This document shows, one piece after another, positions 54,864 to 64,000 of a stretch of 64,000 nucleotides of DNA. The translations under genes and the position numbers were made by a program. The notes below the pieces were generated by a model that was given only the letters and a program-made list of their open reading frames with translations, was not told the origin of the DNA and ran no database searches. Source of the stretch: Alphaproteobacteria bacterium. GTDB lineage: Bacteria > Pseudomonadota > Alphaproteobacteria > RF32 > CAG-239. Location of the stretch: contig JBGULQ010000013.1 of NCBI GenBank assembly GCA_045116295.1, positions 3,745 through 67,744 on the forward strand, written 5' to 3'. Numbering within the stretch: position 1 is the stretch's first letter; the number at the start of each line of letters is the position of its first letter.

Positions 54864-55502
54864 TTAGTATGTAATATAAACTTCAGCACGACGATTTAAG
54901 CGCTCTCCCTCAGGCATGGCTTCACTATAAAGAGGTCTGCTGTCGGATAAAGCCTCTATGGTTATATTTTGTTTGTTAACCCCAGCTCTGCGCAATGCCG
55001 TCGCAACACTCTGGGCGCGGCGGAGCGAGGTTTTGAAATTAATCATCTTATGAGTTTGCGGGTCGGTGTTACGTGTGCGACTTGAAGAAAAGCCATAAAC
55101 ACGTATCTGGGCATTGTGCTGTTTAGCCAATTTGGCAATTTTTGCAATTTGCCCTCTATAAGATGAATCGACAGTAGAACTGCCGTTAGCAAACAAAATA
55201 TTGGCAATTTGATAATTGATGCTTGGAGCCGTATTTTGAGGCTGTACGCGTACAATTGGAATAGTCTTTTTGACAACCAAAGGTGTTTTTTCTTTTGGGG
55301 TGACAGTCGCTGTTTGTGTCGGTGCATCGCTGTAGTTAGTGTGTTTGGTATCTGATGCGATACTTTTATTAGCAGAAATATGTATGGGTTGATAGTGAGC
55401 CTCTTCTTCATATGAAGGTTTTTCACTGTCTTGTGAAGTTGCACAAGCCCCAATAAGTGCAAGTACCGATAATAAAGAAATGAATTTTAATGAATGCGAC
55501 AT
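54864..55502 (-). CDS. OmpA-domain lipoprotein
   Basis: Lipobox LALIGAC from the ATG at 55502 (AAGGGG upstream). The C-terminal OmpA/MotB peptidoglycan-binding domain contains LSLRRAQSVATAL-like and NRRAEVYI segments. Confidence 0.8.
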   Translation of the reverse strand: MSHSLKFISLLSVLALIGACATSQDSEKPSYEEEAHYQPIHISANKSIASDTKHTNYSDAPTQTATVTPKEKTPLVVKKTIPIVRVQPQNTAPSINYQIANILFANGSSTVDSSYRGQIAKIAKLAKQHNAQIRVYGFSSSRTRNTDPQTHKMINFKTSLRRAQSVATALRRAGVNKQNITIEALSDSRPLYSEAMPEGERLNRRAEVYITY

Positions 55503-55658
55503 ATAATAACCCCTTATCCGATTATGTTTATTTATTGATATCCTAAATCTCAAATCTTGACAAGAATAAAATAATAAAGTTGAAAAAATATTAAAAAAAG
55601 TTGAATTTCAATAATAATTATAATACGATTTCGGTAGTTGTGATAAAAGGAGGTAAAA

Positions 55659-56153
55659 ATGCGGAAAATTGTGAAACTTTTGTTGATGTTGTTAGTACTT
55701 ACTTCTTGCTCTAAAGAAAAAAAACAAGTCAAGCTCGAGGATTTGTCAATTGTTGATGCAGACAATGTAAAGGCTGAATATAAAATTGAGGTAGCTCAAA
55801 CTCGTGATGAGATGAGAACAGGTCTGATGAACCGCGAGAGTCTTGCGGCAAATTCGGGTATGTTGTTTGCTCTTGGAACAGTTGATGAGCTGACTGCAAT
55901 GTGGATGAAGGATACAAAAATTCCGCTTGATATGATCTTTATTGATAAAGATGGTGATGTATTTTGGATTTATGAAAATGCAGAGCCATTCTCTGAAAAA
56001 TTGATTGTTCCACCCTATCAGGCATTTGCTGTTCTGGAAGTTAATGCAGGAGATGTTAAAAAATATGGTATTACGATAGGAAACCATATTAACCATTCTT
56101 GGTTTAAGACCAAAAATCCTTTTCAGGTGGTTAAAGATGCTTCTCTTGACTAA
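55659..56153 (+). CDS. DUF192-family lipoprotein
   Basis: Lipobox LVLTSC. GLMNRESLAANSGMLF and MWMKDTKIPLDMIFID are typical of DUF192. Confidence 0.75.
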   Translation: MRKIVKLLLMLLVLTSCSKEKKQVKLEDLSIVDADNVKAEYKIEVAQTRDEMRTGLMNRESLAANSGMLFALGTVDELTAMWMKDTKIPLDMIFIDKDGDVFWIYENAEPFSEKLIVPPYQAFAVLEVNAGDVKKYGITIGNHINHSWFKTKNPFQVVKDASLD

Positions 56154-56156
56154 AAA

Positions 56157-56187
56157 TTGAAAAAGGGTGGATATTCCACCTTTTTTT
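56157..56187. terminator. bidirectional terminator
   Basis: An A-run, then GGTGGA-TAT-TCCACC, then a T-run. It lies between the DUF192 gene (+) and mfd (-). Confidence 0.75.
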
Positions 56188-59100
56188 ATAAGTTATTGAG
56201 TTTGACTATAAAGTTTCGTATGTTTTCCAAACGCTGGGAATAACTGTCCAAATCACGAGCTATAAAGATTTTTTGGTCAGGTCTTACTTTTATGCTTCCG
56301 CCGGAACGGGTAATCAGATCTACAAGTTTATCCGGTGATTTGAAGTTGTTATTGTGAAAACCGATTACAAAGCCTTTGGCTCCGGCATCAATACGCTCAA
56401 TATTGGTCTGACGGCATAGTTGTTTTATTTCAACTGTTTTGAGTAGATTTTCAACTTCCTGAGGGATAGGACCAAAACGATCAACCAATTCTTCACGCAT
56501 GTCAAGAAGTTCTTCCGGAGTTTCAAGAGAACCGATACGTTTGTATAATCCCAGTCTTACACCTAGATCACGGACATAAGTTTCGGAGATCATAATCGGA
56601 ACTCCGGTTACAATTTGCGGGCTCCATTCAGCAGAGGCTTTTTCTTCAAGCTTTTCACCATTTTTGATGCGCATGATTTCTTCCTCAAGCATATGATGAT
56701 AAAGAGCTATACCTACATCTTTGATATGTCCGGACTGTTCTTCTCCAAGGACATTGCCGGAACCGCGAATATCCATATCATGGCTGGCCAGCGAGAAACC
56801 TGCTCCCAGGCTGTCCAGTGCCTGTAAAATACTGAGCCGACGTTCGGCAATGGGTTTTAAGTTTTTATGCTGAGGAACCGTAAAATAGCAATAACCACGG
56901 ACTTTAGAACGCCCGATACGTCCACGGAGTTGATATAACTGAGCAAGACCGAACATATCGGCACGATAAACAATCATAGTGTTAACCGATGGCATATCAA
57001 TACCTGATTCAATAATGGTGGTAGAAAGAAGAATATCGCCTTTTTTATCAACAAACGAGTTCATAACGTCTTCCAGCTGTTTGACCGGCATTTGTCCGTG
57101 AGCAACCAGAATTTCGACATCAGGAGCGATTTCTTTTAGAATTTTTTGGATCTCGGGAATGTCAGAAACCCGTGGGCAAACAACAAATGTCTGGCCGCCG
57201 CGGAATTTTTCACGGTAAATTGCCTCTTTGATCATTACACGGTCAAAAGGCATTACAAATGTACGAGCGGCAAGTCTGTCAACCGGAGGTGTGGCAATTA
57301 TGCTCAGTTGTTTTACACCGGTAAGTGACAGTTGCAATGTACGAGGTATAGGGGTTGCCGTTAAGGTCAAAACATGAACATCGTCTTTTAAGGCTTTGAG
57401 CTTTTCTTTGTGGGCAACACCAAAGTGTTGTTCTTCATCAATAATCAGAAGTCCGAGGTTGTTGAACTCAATGTTGTCAGACAACAGAGCATGAGTACCG
57501 ATAACTATATCAACCGAGCCGTCTTTCATACCGGCTTTTATTTTACGTGCCTCTGTTATGGTGGTTAGGCGAGATAACATAGCAACATTCAAAGGAAAAC
57601 CGTTCATTCGTTGCTTAAAATTCATATAGTGTTGGCGAGCCAGCAAGGTGGTAGGCACAATGAGTGCAACTTGTCCTCCGGACATAGCGACGGTAAAAGC
57701 TGCACGCAGTGCAACTTCGGTCTTGCCAAACCCGACATCACCGCAAATCAGTCTGTCCATCGGAATTCCTGCAGAAAGATCACCCATCACATCGCTGATA
57801 GCATTTAGTTGATCATCGGTTTCATTATACGGGAAGCCGGAACAAAACTCGTCATACATGCCGTCAGAGGCAATATAGGTTTCGGCTTTTTTAAGTTGAC
57901 GACGGGCAGCAATGGCAATAAGTTTTTCGGCCAATTCATGTATGCGTTTTTTGACTTTGGCTTTTTTAGCCTCCCAAGCCATACCGCCCAGGGTATCAAG
58001 CTGAATGTTTTCATCATCGGCACCATAGCGTGATACCATCTCAATGTTTTCGACCGGAACAAAAAGTTTGTCGTCGTTGGCATAAATTATCTTTAGGCAA
58101 TCATGGTCAGCACCGCCGGCAGAAATATTTTCAAGTCCCATAAAACGACCAATACCGTGTTCAAGGTGTACGACAAGTTCTCCGATATTGAGTGATGAGA
58201 CGTCGGCAATAAAATCCTTTGATGAAACTTTGCGAGGAGAACGATGATTTTGTTTGGGACCTAAAATATCTTGTTCAGAAACAAAATAGAACTCATCATT
58301 ACGAAAGCCATGTTGCATGCCGACGACAATTAAAACAATGCTGTCTCTGGCTTTAAGACAAGCATCTTTCCAGTTGTCGGCAAGTGTAAGGTTGACTTTG
58401 AAATTGTTGTTTGAAATAGCTTCGTTGAGTAATGTAAACAAGCGTTCTCTTGAACCGGCAGTATAACAACAAATAAATCGCAACAACTTGCCGTATTCAA
58501 CAAAAGAATTGAGCAACTCAACATAGACCTGTGACGGGGTAATGTTTTTGGCTGATGAAAAATCACGAGAAGGTATGGTTGCCACGTCGATATTATCATT
58601 TCCGTCAGGCATATTGAGTGAGGTCATATGCAAATTGATCTTTGATAATATCTCTTGTGGGGACAAAAACATTTGTTCGGGCGGTACAGGACGGTAGGTA
58701 TCAACCTCGGTTTGTTGAGATTTTAAGGACAAATTTTCAAGACGTGCCTGATAGTGATCAATAATACTGTCATTTTTGGCCTCAGTTGCGGCTTCGGCAT
58801 TGCGTCCGAAAATAACGGTTGCCTGAGGAAGATAGTCAAATAATGTCGGCAAGTTTTCTTCATAGAAAAAAGGCAACCAGTTTTCCATGCCCATATATTT
58901 TTTGGAGTTGGAAATTGCCTCATAAATCTCATCATCTTTACAGGCGACACCAAAAGTTTCACGGTAACGGGAGCGAAAGTTCTTAACCGTGTTTTCGTCT
59001 AGTATGACCTCTCCGGCAGCTTGAAAAGTGTAGTGATTTTGCTCGCCGGTAGTACGTTGGGTCAGTACATCAAAGGTGCGGATTTTTTCGACTTCATCGC

Positions 59101-59659
59101 CGAATAAGTCTATGCGCAAGGGATGTTCGCTGCCTGCCGGAAAAATGTCCAGTATATCACCACGAACAGCATATTCACCGGGTTCCATGACCTGCTCTAC
59201 TCGTGTATAGCCATTCAAGGATACATAGTGCAAAAAGTCAGTAAGGCTGAGTTGAGAGCCGATTTGAATTGATTTTACCGAATTTAGAAAAACCTTTTTA
59301 GGCGGAAGTTTTTGCATGACTGCGCCGACACTGGTAATGATAATTCGAGGTTTGGCTGCGGTCGGGTTTAGTGATAGATGAGCTAAAACATCTACTCTTT
59401 CAGCGATAATGCCGGTGTTTGGCGATATGCGATCATAAGGCACTGTATCCCATGCAGGAAAAGTCAGAACTTCTGTCGTCGGGGCAATGTAGCGTAACAA
59501 TGATGCGGTTTGAGCTAAAGATGTACCATCGGAGGCTATGAAAAGTATGTCATTTTTTGAAACTTGCGACAGTTTATGCAAGATAAAAGCTTCGGAGCCG
59601 TCGGCAACCGAAGATATGTTTTGAGTTTCAGGTTTTATATTTTTCAACTGTTCAAACAT
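56186..59659 (-). CDS. mfd: transcription-repair coupling factor
   Basis: GDVGFGKTEVA, IIDEEQHFGV and TATPIPRT helicase motifs, plus a TRG-region. I take the start as MFEQLKN at 59659. The track start at 59743 would abut recG. Confidence 0.95.
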   Translation of the reverse strand: MFEQLKNIKPETQNISSVADGSEAFILHKLSQVSKNDILFIASDGTSLAQTASLLRYIAPTTEVLTFPAWDTVPYDRISPNTGIIAERVDVLAHLSLNPTAAKPRIIITSVGAVMQKLPPKKVFLNSVKSIQIGSQLSLTDFLHYVSLNGYTRVEQVMEPGEYAVRGDILDIFPAGSEHPLRIDLFGDEVEKIRTFDVLTQRTTGEQNHYTFQAAGEVILDENTVKNFRSRYRETFGVACKDDEIYEAISNSKKYMGMENWLPFFYEENLPTLFDYLPQATVIFGRNAEAATEAKNDSIIDHYQARLENLSLKSQQTEVDTYRPVPPEQMFLSPQEILSKINLHMTSLNMPDGNDNIDVATIPSRDFSSAKNITPSQVYVELLNSFVEYGKLLRFICCYTAGSRERLFTLLNEAISNNNFKVNLTLADNWKDACLKARDSIVLIVVGMQHGFRNDEFYFVSEQDILGPKQNHRSPRKVSSKDFIADVSSLNIGELVVHLEHGIGRFMGLENISAGGADHDCLKIIYANDDKLFVPVENIEMVSRYGADDENIQLDTLGGMAWEAKKAKVKKRIHELAEKLIAIAARRQLKKAETYIASDGMYDEFCSGFPYNETDDQLNAISDVMGDLSAGIPMDRLICGDVGFGKTEVALRAAFTVAMSGGQVALIVPTTLLARQHYMNFKQRMNGFPLNVAMLSRLTTITEARKIKAGMKDGSVDIVIGTHALLSDNIEFNNLGLLIIDEEQHFGVAHKEKLKALKDDVHVLTLTATPIPRTLQLSLTGVKQLSIIATPPVDRLAARTFVMPFDRVMIKEAIYREKFRGGQTFVVCPRVSDIPEIQKILKEIAPDVEILVAHGQMPVKQLEDVMNSFVDKKGDILLSTTIIESGIDMPSVNTMIVYRADMFGLAQLYQLRGRIGRSKVRGYCYFTVPQHKNLKPIAERRLSILQALDSLGAGFSLASHDMDIRGSGNVLGEEQSGHIKDVGIALYHHMLEEEIMRIKNGEKLEEKASAEWSPQIVTGVPIMISETYVRDLGVRLGLYKRIGSLETPEELLDMREELVDRFGPIPQEVENLLKTVEIKQLCRQTNIERIDAGAKGFVIGFHNNNFKSPDKLVDLITRSGGSIKVRPDQKIFIARDLDSYSQRLENIRNFIVKLNNL

Positions 59660-59742
59660 GGTTTTTATCTTGTTGTTTACATCTTTTTCAAAAATATATA
59701 CAATTGTGCAAGAATAGCAATCAATTTTTGAGGTTTTGAGCA

Positions 59743-61821
59743 ATGCGTCCGGCGATTTTGTATCCTCTGTTTAGTGATATTACCACACTTTCGGGAATTG
59801 GCGAAAAATATGCCAAGCTGTTGGGAAATCTGGATATTAAAAAAATCTGTGATGTATTGTGGCATTTGCCCTACTCTTTGGTTAATCGTAATATTATTAA
59901 ATCATTAAGAAGTGCAAAAGTCGGAGATATCAACACAATCGAAATTACGGTTATTGAACATGAGGCACCACACCGAAAAAGCCAGCCATACCGAGTTATG
60001 TGTGAAGATAATGCCGGAGAGCAGTTGTTATTGTGTTTTTTTAAGGCCTATCCGAGTTCTATTGAAAAAAATCTGCCGGTCGGGGAAAAGCGTTTTGTGA
60101 GCGGAAAAATTGAGAGCTTTAATAATATGTTGCAGATGAGCCACCCTGATTACATTGTTAAAGATGTGGCAGATATTCCGCAATTTGAACCGGTGTACGG
60201 TTTGACCGCAGGAATTACCAATAAGTTTATGAATAAATTGGTGGAACAAGCCTTGCAAAGGTTGCCTCGGTTTGCGGAGTGGCAGGAAGAAAATTTTTTG
60301 AAACAACACGGTTTTGCTAGTTTTAATCAGGCGATTGTTACGGCTCATCATCCGCACAGTCTTGATGATTTGTTGCCGACAAATCCGATCAGGACACGGT
60401 TGGCATATGACGAGCTGTTGGCTAACCAATTGGCATTGGCTATTGTAAGACAAAAGGTAAAAAAACAAAAAGGTCGCAAGATTGCCGGCAATGGTCTGCT
60501 CCGTAGAAAAGTGTTGGATATGTTGCCGTTTAAGCTGACAAATGCACAAGATAAAGTTTTACAGGAAATTTTTGAGGATCAGGCAAGTGATAATCGGATG
60601 TTGCGATTGTTGCAAGGCGATGTCGGAAGCGGTAAAACAATTGTTGCATTGCTGACGATGCTTAATGCCGTGGAATGCGGAACGCAAGCTGCTATAATGG
60701 CTCCGACAGAGATTTTGGCAAAACAACATATGGAAACTATTGCACCGCTTTGTGAGGCGATAGGTTTGCGAGCGGAGTTGTTGATTGGTAAAGTAAAGGG
60801 AAAGGCTCGCAGTAAAATTATTGAGGATTTAGCCGAGGGAAAAATTGATATTTTAATCGGAACGCACGCTTTGTTTGTTGAAGATGTTGAGTTTAAGGAT
60901 TTGGCGTGTGTCATTATTGATGAACAACACCGTTTCGGAGTACATCAGCGGCTTAATCTGTCAAACAAAGGAAACAAGGCCGATATATTAGTTATGACGG
61001 CTACCCCAATACCACGGAGTTTGATACTGACAGCGTTCGGAGATATGGAATATTCAAAAATTGATCAATTGCCGGAGGGACGAAAACCGGTTGATACCAG
61101 AGTTATGCCATTGACCAAGGCTGATGATATTGTCGAGGCACTTAAAAACAAATTAAAACAAGGGGCGCGGGCTTATTGGGTATGTCCGTTGGTTGAAGAG
61201 TCTGAAAAACTCGATTTGGCGGCGGCAGAACAAAGATTTGAGTTGTTGCAGAAAGTGTTTGGCAATAAGGTCGGACTTATTCATGGCAAGATGAAAGAAA
61301 AACAAAAAGATGAAATTATGGAGCAATTTAAAACCGGTAAAATCAGTCTTTTGGTAGCAACAACAGTTATTGAAGTCGGGGTCAATGTGCCGGAAGCAAC
61401 AATTATGATTATTGAACACGCTGAACGTTTTGGGTTGGCTCAGCTTCATCAATTGCGCGGTAGGGTTAAGAGAGGAAATAATGCAGCAACTTGTTTGTTG
61501 CTTTATGGATATCCAATCAGCTCAACAGCTCGTTCTCGTCTACAAGTTATGAAAGAAACAGAGGACGGTTTTTTGATTGCGGAAGAAGATTTGAAATTGC
61601 GTGGCGGCGGAGAAATTTTGGGCACAAGGCAATCCGGTTTTACTAATTTCAGGTTGGCAGACATGAGTGTCAATCAAGGGTTGTTAATGACAGCCTCCCA
61701 AGACGCAAAGATGATTGTTAACAGTGATCCGGATTTGAAAAGTCCGAGAGGAGAAGCATTGCGTACCCTACTCTATTTGTTTGAGCGAGATGATGCAGTT
61801 AAAACTTATTTGGCTGGATAA
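59743..61821 (+). CDS. recG: ATP-dependent DNA helicase RecG
   Basis: GDVGSGKT, IIDEQHRFGV, TATPIPRS and QLHQLRGRVKRG motifs. Confidence 0.95.
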   Translation: MRPAILYPLFSDITTLSGIGEKYAKLLGNLDIKKICDVLWHLPYSLVNRNIIKSLRSAKVGDINTIEITVIEHEAPHRKSQPYRVMCEDNAGEQLLLCFFKAYPSSIEKNLPVGEKRFVSGKIESFNNMLQMSHPDYIVKDVADIPQFEPVYGLTAGITNKFMNKLVEQALQRLPRFAEWQEENFLKQHGFASFNQAIVTAHHPHSLDDLLPTNPIRTRLAYDELLANQLALAIVRQKVKKQKGRKIAGNGLLRRKVLDMLPFKLTNAQDKVLQEIFEDQASDNRMLRLLQGDVGSGKTIVALLTMLNAVECGTQAAIMAPTEILAKQHMETIAPLCEAIGLRAELLIGKVKGKARSKIIEDLAEGKIDILIGTHALFVEDVEFKDLACVIIDEQHRFGVHQRLNLSNKGNKADILVMTATPIPRSLILTAFGDMEYSKIDQLPEGRKPVDTRVMPLTKADDIVEALKNKLKQGARAYWVCPLVEESEKLDLAAAEQRFELLQKVFGNKVGLIHGKMKEKQKDEIMEQFKTGKISLLVATTVIEVGVNVPEATIMIIEHAERFGLAQLHQLRGRVKRGNNAATCLLLYGYPISSTARSRLQVMKETEDGFLIAEEDLKLRGGGEILGTRQSGFTNFRLADMSVNQGLLMTASQDAKMIVNSDPDLKSPRGEALRTLLYLFERDDAVKTYLAG

Positions 61822-61824
61822 TTA

Positions 61825-62238
61825 TTATCTGTCGGCAAAACTGACATATTTGTGCATCAGATATGTAAATATGGTAATAGAAATGGTGTATATAGCTTGA
61901 GCAATAAGTTCATTTATTTTGCAGATATCTACCATGATATACATCGTAATGTAGTTTATAAGCAGTATTGATAAGTATACTCCCAGTGCTTTGGAATATT
62001 CATGCAATAACCTCTTAGATGAACGAAAGACATAGTGGCGCATTGTAAAAATTGAGATATTGATTGTAATTATATAGCATATTATCAAGGCTGCTTTATA
62101 TGACAGAGCAATTATTGTAACCATAAATACAAACAATAAATATGAAAATGCAGTATTGAAGCCACCTACCAGCAGAAAACGGAGCTTTTGGGGAAGTCTA
62201 AACCAAATATCCTCAACTTTTTTGTATAAATGCAACAT
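61825..62238 (-). CDS. GtrA-family membrane protein
   Basis: 137 aa with 4 TM helices. RFLLVGGFNTAFSYLLF is the typical GtrA N-terminus. Confidence 0.7.
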   Translation of the reverse strand: MLHLYKKVEDIWFRLPQKLRFLLVGGFNTAFSYLLFVFMVTIIALSYKAALIICYIITINISIFTMRHYVFRSSKRLLHEYSKALGVYLSILLINYITMYIMVDICKINELIAQAIYTISITIFTYLMHKYVSFADR

Positions 62239-62242
62239 GAAC

Positions 62243-63910
62243 CTATTCCAAGTAATATAATGTATAAACTCTGTTTTCGTAGGAAATTACGGCATTAGAG
62301 ACCGGATTATAATCAGGATGATGAAGTTTATTAACCAATATATAATCTCCTCTTATGGGATCCTGGTCGCTAACTCGTACAGGGATAATATGATTATAGT
62401 ACCATATATTCATTACGTCAGGCTTTAGTTTGAAATAAATATTGATATCCGGATAACTATAAAGTAAAGCGTTTGCCCAAGCTTTTGACTTCCACCATCT
62501 AGTGTCGATATTTGGTGCATTTACATCGATATGAATGGTCATGAGCATGAATTTTGCATGAGAAATTATGTGCTCAGCCATGTCACGGCGTTCTTTTCCC
62601 TGTTGAGCTGATGAGATGGTTATGTTGGTATAACAAGCGACTCCGATGATTAAAGCTAGTATTGCATACAATATCTTATTGGAAGCAATATTTGTGAAAA
62701 TATATGCAGTGCAGAACACGGCCGGTAGATATAAGTAATATGGAATACTGTAGTCGGCTGATGGAATAATTTTTAAATATAATGCAATTATAAAGGTGAT
62801 GAGTGTACAACCGATTACACTCCCCTCTTCAAAAAGATGTAATTTTTTCCCTCGCAAGACAATGAGTTTGATGGTCATAATTAAAAGGGCAACAAAATTT
62901 ATAAGTAGTTCTGTTTGATATATTTGAACTGTTTTTGCGATATCTGTTTCGTGTGTCATTAAATAACGATTGTTTATGCCATAGTCGGTAAGAATCATCC
63001 AGCCGGTAGCATACATAAATAGACTCCAGAACATTAAATATTCTACCGGAAATACTGTTATACATTTTATCGGGTGTAAAAAAGAGTTTATACCGATTTT
63101 TTCGTTAACAACGGCGGATAGCAACAAATACAGCCCCAGACCAGCATAAAACAGTGTTGTTGTTTCTTTGCTATATAGTGCGCAATTCATAAAAATCATA
63201 AAATACAGTAAGTATCGTGATTTATTGCTTTGTTGAAAACTACGCAGGAAAATCAAGCTTAAAATGACAAATATGATAGTATTTTGTTCCGGATATATAG
63301 CGCTGTTAATCCATAATACAGAGGGAAGAATATTGATTATGGCAATCATGGTCAGGCGTTTGACAATAGGCATGAAAACAAATAATTTGTACAAAAGCCA
63401 AAGGATAAAAAACTGTTTTATAAAAATATAAACATAAATAAAATATGGGTTGTTTGAGATACCGAAGATAAGATTCAGGTCTATTGCTTGTAGCGGTGTA
63501 TATCTAAAATGTCCATCGAGTGCAGGAATAATACCTTGGGTAAAAGATAGGGTATAATACCATGACATGCTGTCAAAGTTGTTATAGATGGATGTTTCTT
63601 GCCATAGAGTGTTGCCGCAATAGATTAAAAAAGATACTATTACAAGGAAAAGGCAAAACAAGTTACTTTTGCATTTTTTGGAAAAGCTGAAATTTTCAGT
63701 AGAGGTGAATGCAACATAGTTACCTTGAAAATAAAATTTTGTAACCACCCAATTCAGCAGCAAAAAGGCTATTACGGTAATCATCCAGATATAGAGATTG
63801 CCATTTATGAAGTACTTAAAGTAGAATGCAAAATTATTATAAATATTGCTTAAAATATTATCTCTTAAAAGTGGTTCGGTTATCATATTTTTATCCATTT
63901 CAAAAGCCAT
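62243..63910 (-). CDS. GT-C-type (ArnT/PMT-like) polytopic glycosyltransferase, tentative
   Basis: 555 aa with at least 11 TM helices, lying 4 nt upstream of the GtrA gene. The family assignment comes from architecture and context only. Confidence 0.5.
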   Translation of the reverse strand: MAFEMDKNMITEPLLRDNILSNIYNNFAFYFKYFINGNLYIWMITVIAFLLLNWVVTKFYFQGNYVAFTSTENFSFSKKCKSNLFCLFLVIVSFLIYCGNTLWQETSIYNNFDSMSWYYTLSFTQGIIPALDGHFRYTPLQAIDLNLIFGISNNPYFIYVYIFIKQFFILWLLYKLFVFMPIVKRLTMIAIINILPSVLWINSAIYPEQNTIIFVILSLIFLRSFQQSNKSRYLLYFMIFMNCALYSKETTTLFYAGLGLYLLLSAVVNEKIGINSFLHPIKCITVFPVEYLMFWSLFMYATGWMILTDYGINNRYLMTHETDIAKTVQIYQTELLINFVALLIMTIKLIVLRGKKLHLFEEGSVIGCTLITFIIALYLKIIPSADYSIPYYLYLPAVFCTAYIFTNIASNKILYAILALIIGVACYTNITISSAQQGKERRDMAEHIISHAKFMLMTIHIDVNAPNIDTRWWKSKAWANALLYSYPDINIYFKLKPDVMNIWYYNHIIPVRVSDQDPIRGDYILVNKLHHPDYNPVSNAVISYENRVYTLYYLE

Positions 63911-64000
63911 TTGAGGCGAAGTTTACGGGCAATTATCAGCCAGTACGGATAACGGTGATAATTGGTTATGTTTAGATATTTACAAATATCGGCCTTAACT
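63883..64000 (-). CDS. C-terminal fragment of an upstream gene (runs off the right edge)
   Basis: Not in the ORF track. The minus-strand frame reads ...VKADICKYLNITNYHRYPYWLIIARKLRLKWLLKWIKI* and overlaps the next ATG by 28 nt. Context suggests a polyprenyl-phosphate glycosyltransferase, but this is not demonstrable here. Confidence 0.3.
   Translation of the reverse strand, partial: VKADICKYLNITNYHRYPYWLIIARKLRLKWLLKWIKI

Overview
This 64-kb window is chromosomal and probably comes from a low-GC alphaproteobacterium. That placement is an inference from a CcrM-type adenine methyltransferase and from conserved gene order: ppx-rlmE-rsmB, ppiD/tpiA-secG-pyrG-kdsA, recO-parC and divergent mfd/recG. 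I support about 60 CDS and 3 tRNAs (Leu-GAG, His-GTG, Gly-CCC). I saw no rRNA, CRISPR array, transposase, integrase or obvious prophage.

The housekeeping backbone is interrupted by six accessory blocks:
- (i) 1.06-2.88 kb: a self-contained SPFH plus polytopic membrane protein unit.
- (ii) 2.85-4.30 kb: a self-contained small-peptide plus radical SAM/SPASM unit with its own consensus promoter and terminator.
- (iii) 4.3-13.3 kb: a tightly packed 11-gene minus-strand redox or electrophile-stress operon. It encodes flavodoxins, Isf-like flavoproteins, an aldo-keto reductase, a CMD-cupin fusion, a hydrolase, a DXS paralogue and Tag. It sits behind a MerR-type 19-bp-spacer promoter, and no regulator gene is nearby.
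- (iv) 14.66-16.45 kb: an orphan 496-aa HExxH protein.
- (v) 31.8-35.6 kb: an islet next to tRNA-His.
- (vi) pagP and two orphan cassettes inserted around kdsA.

The most unusual structure is in block (v). Three diverged paralogous small membrane-protein genes, plus a fourth unrelated gene, are each an autonomous transcription unit. They are separated by near-identical terminator-promoter modules that carry a TTGACnTTTTGTCAA dyad on the -35 box. Functions of the accessory genes are inference only. All coordinates and motifs were read by eye from the sequence, and no database search was possible.
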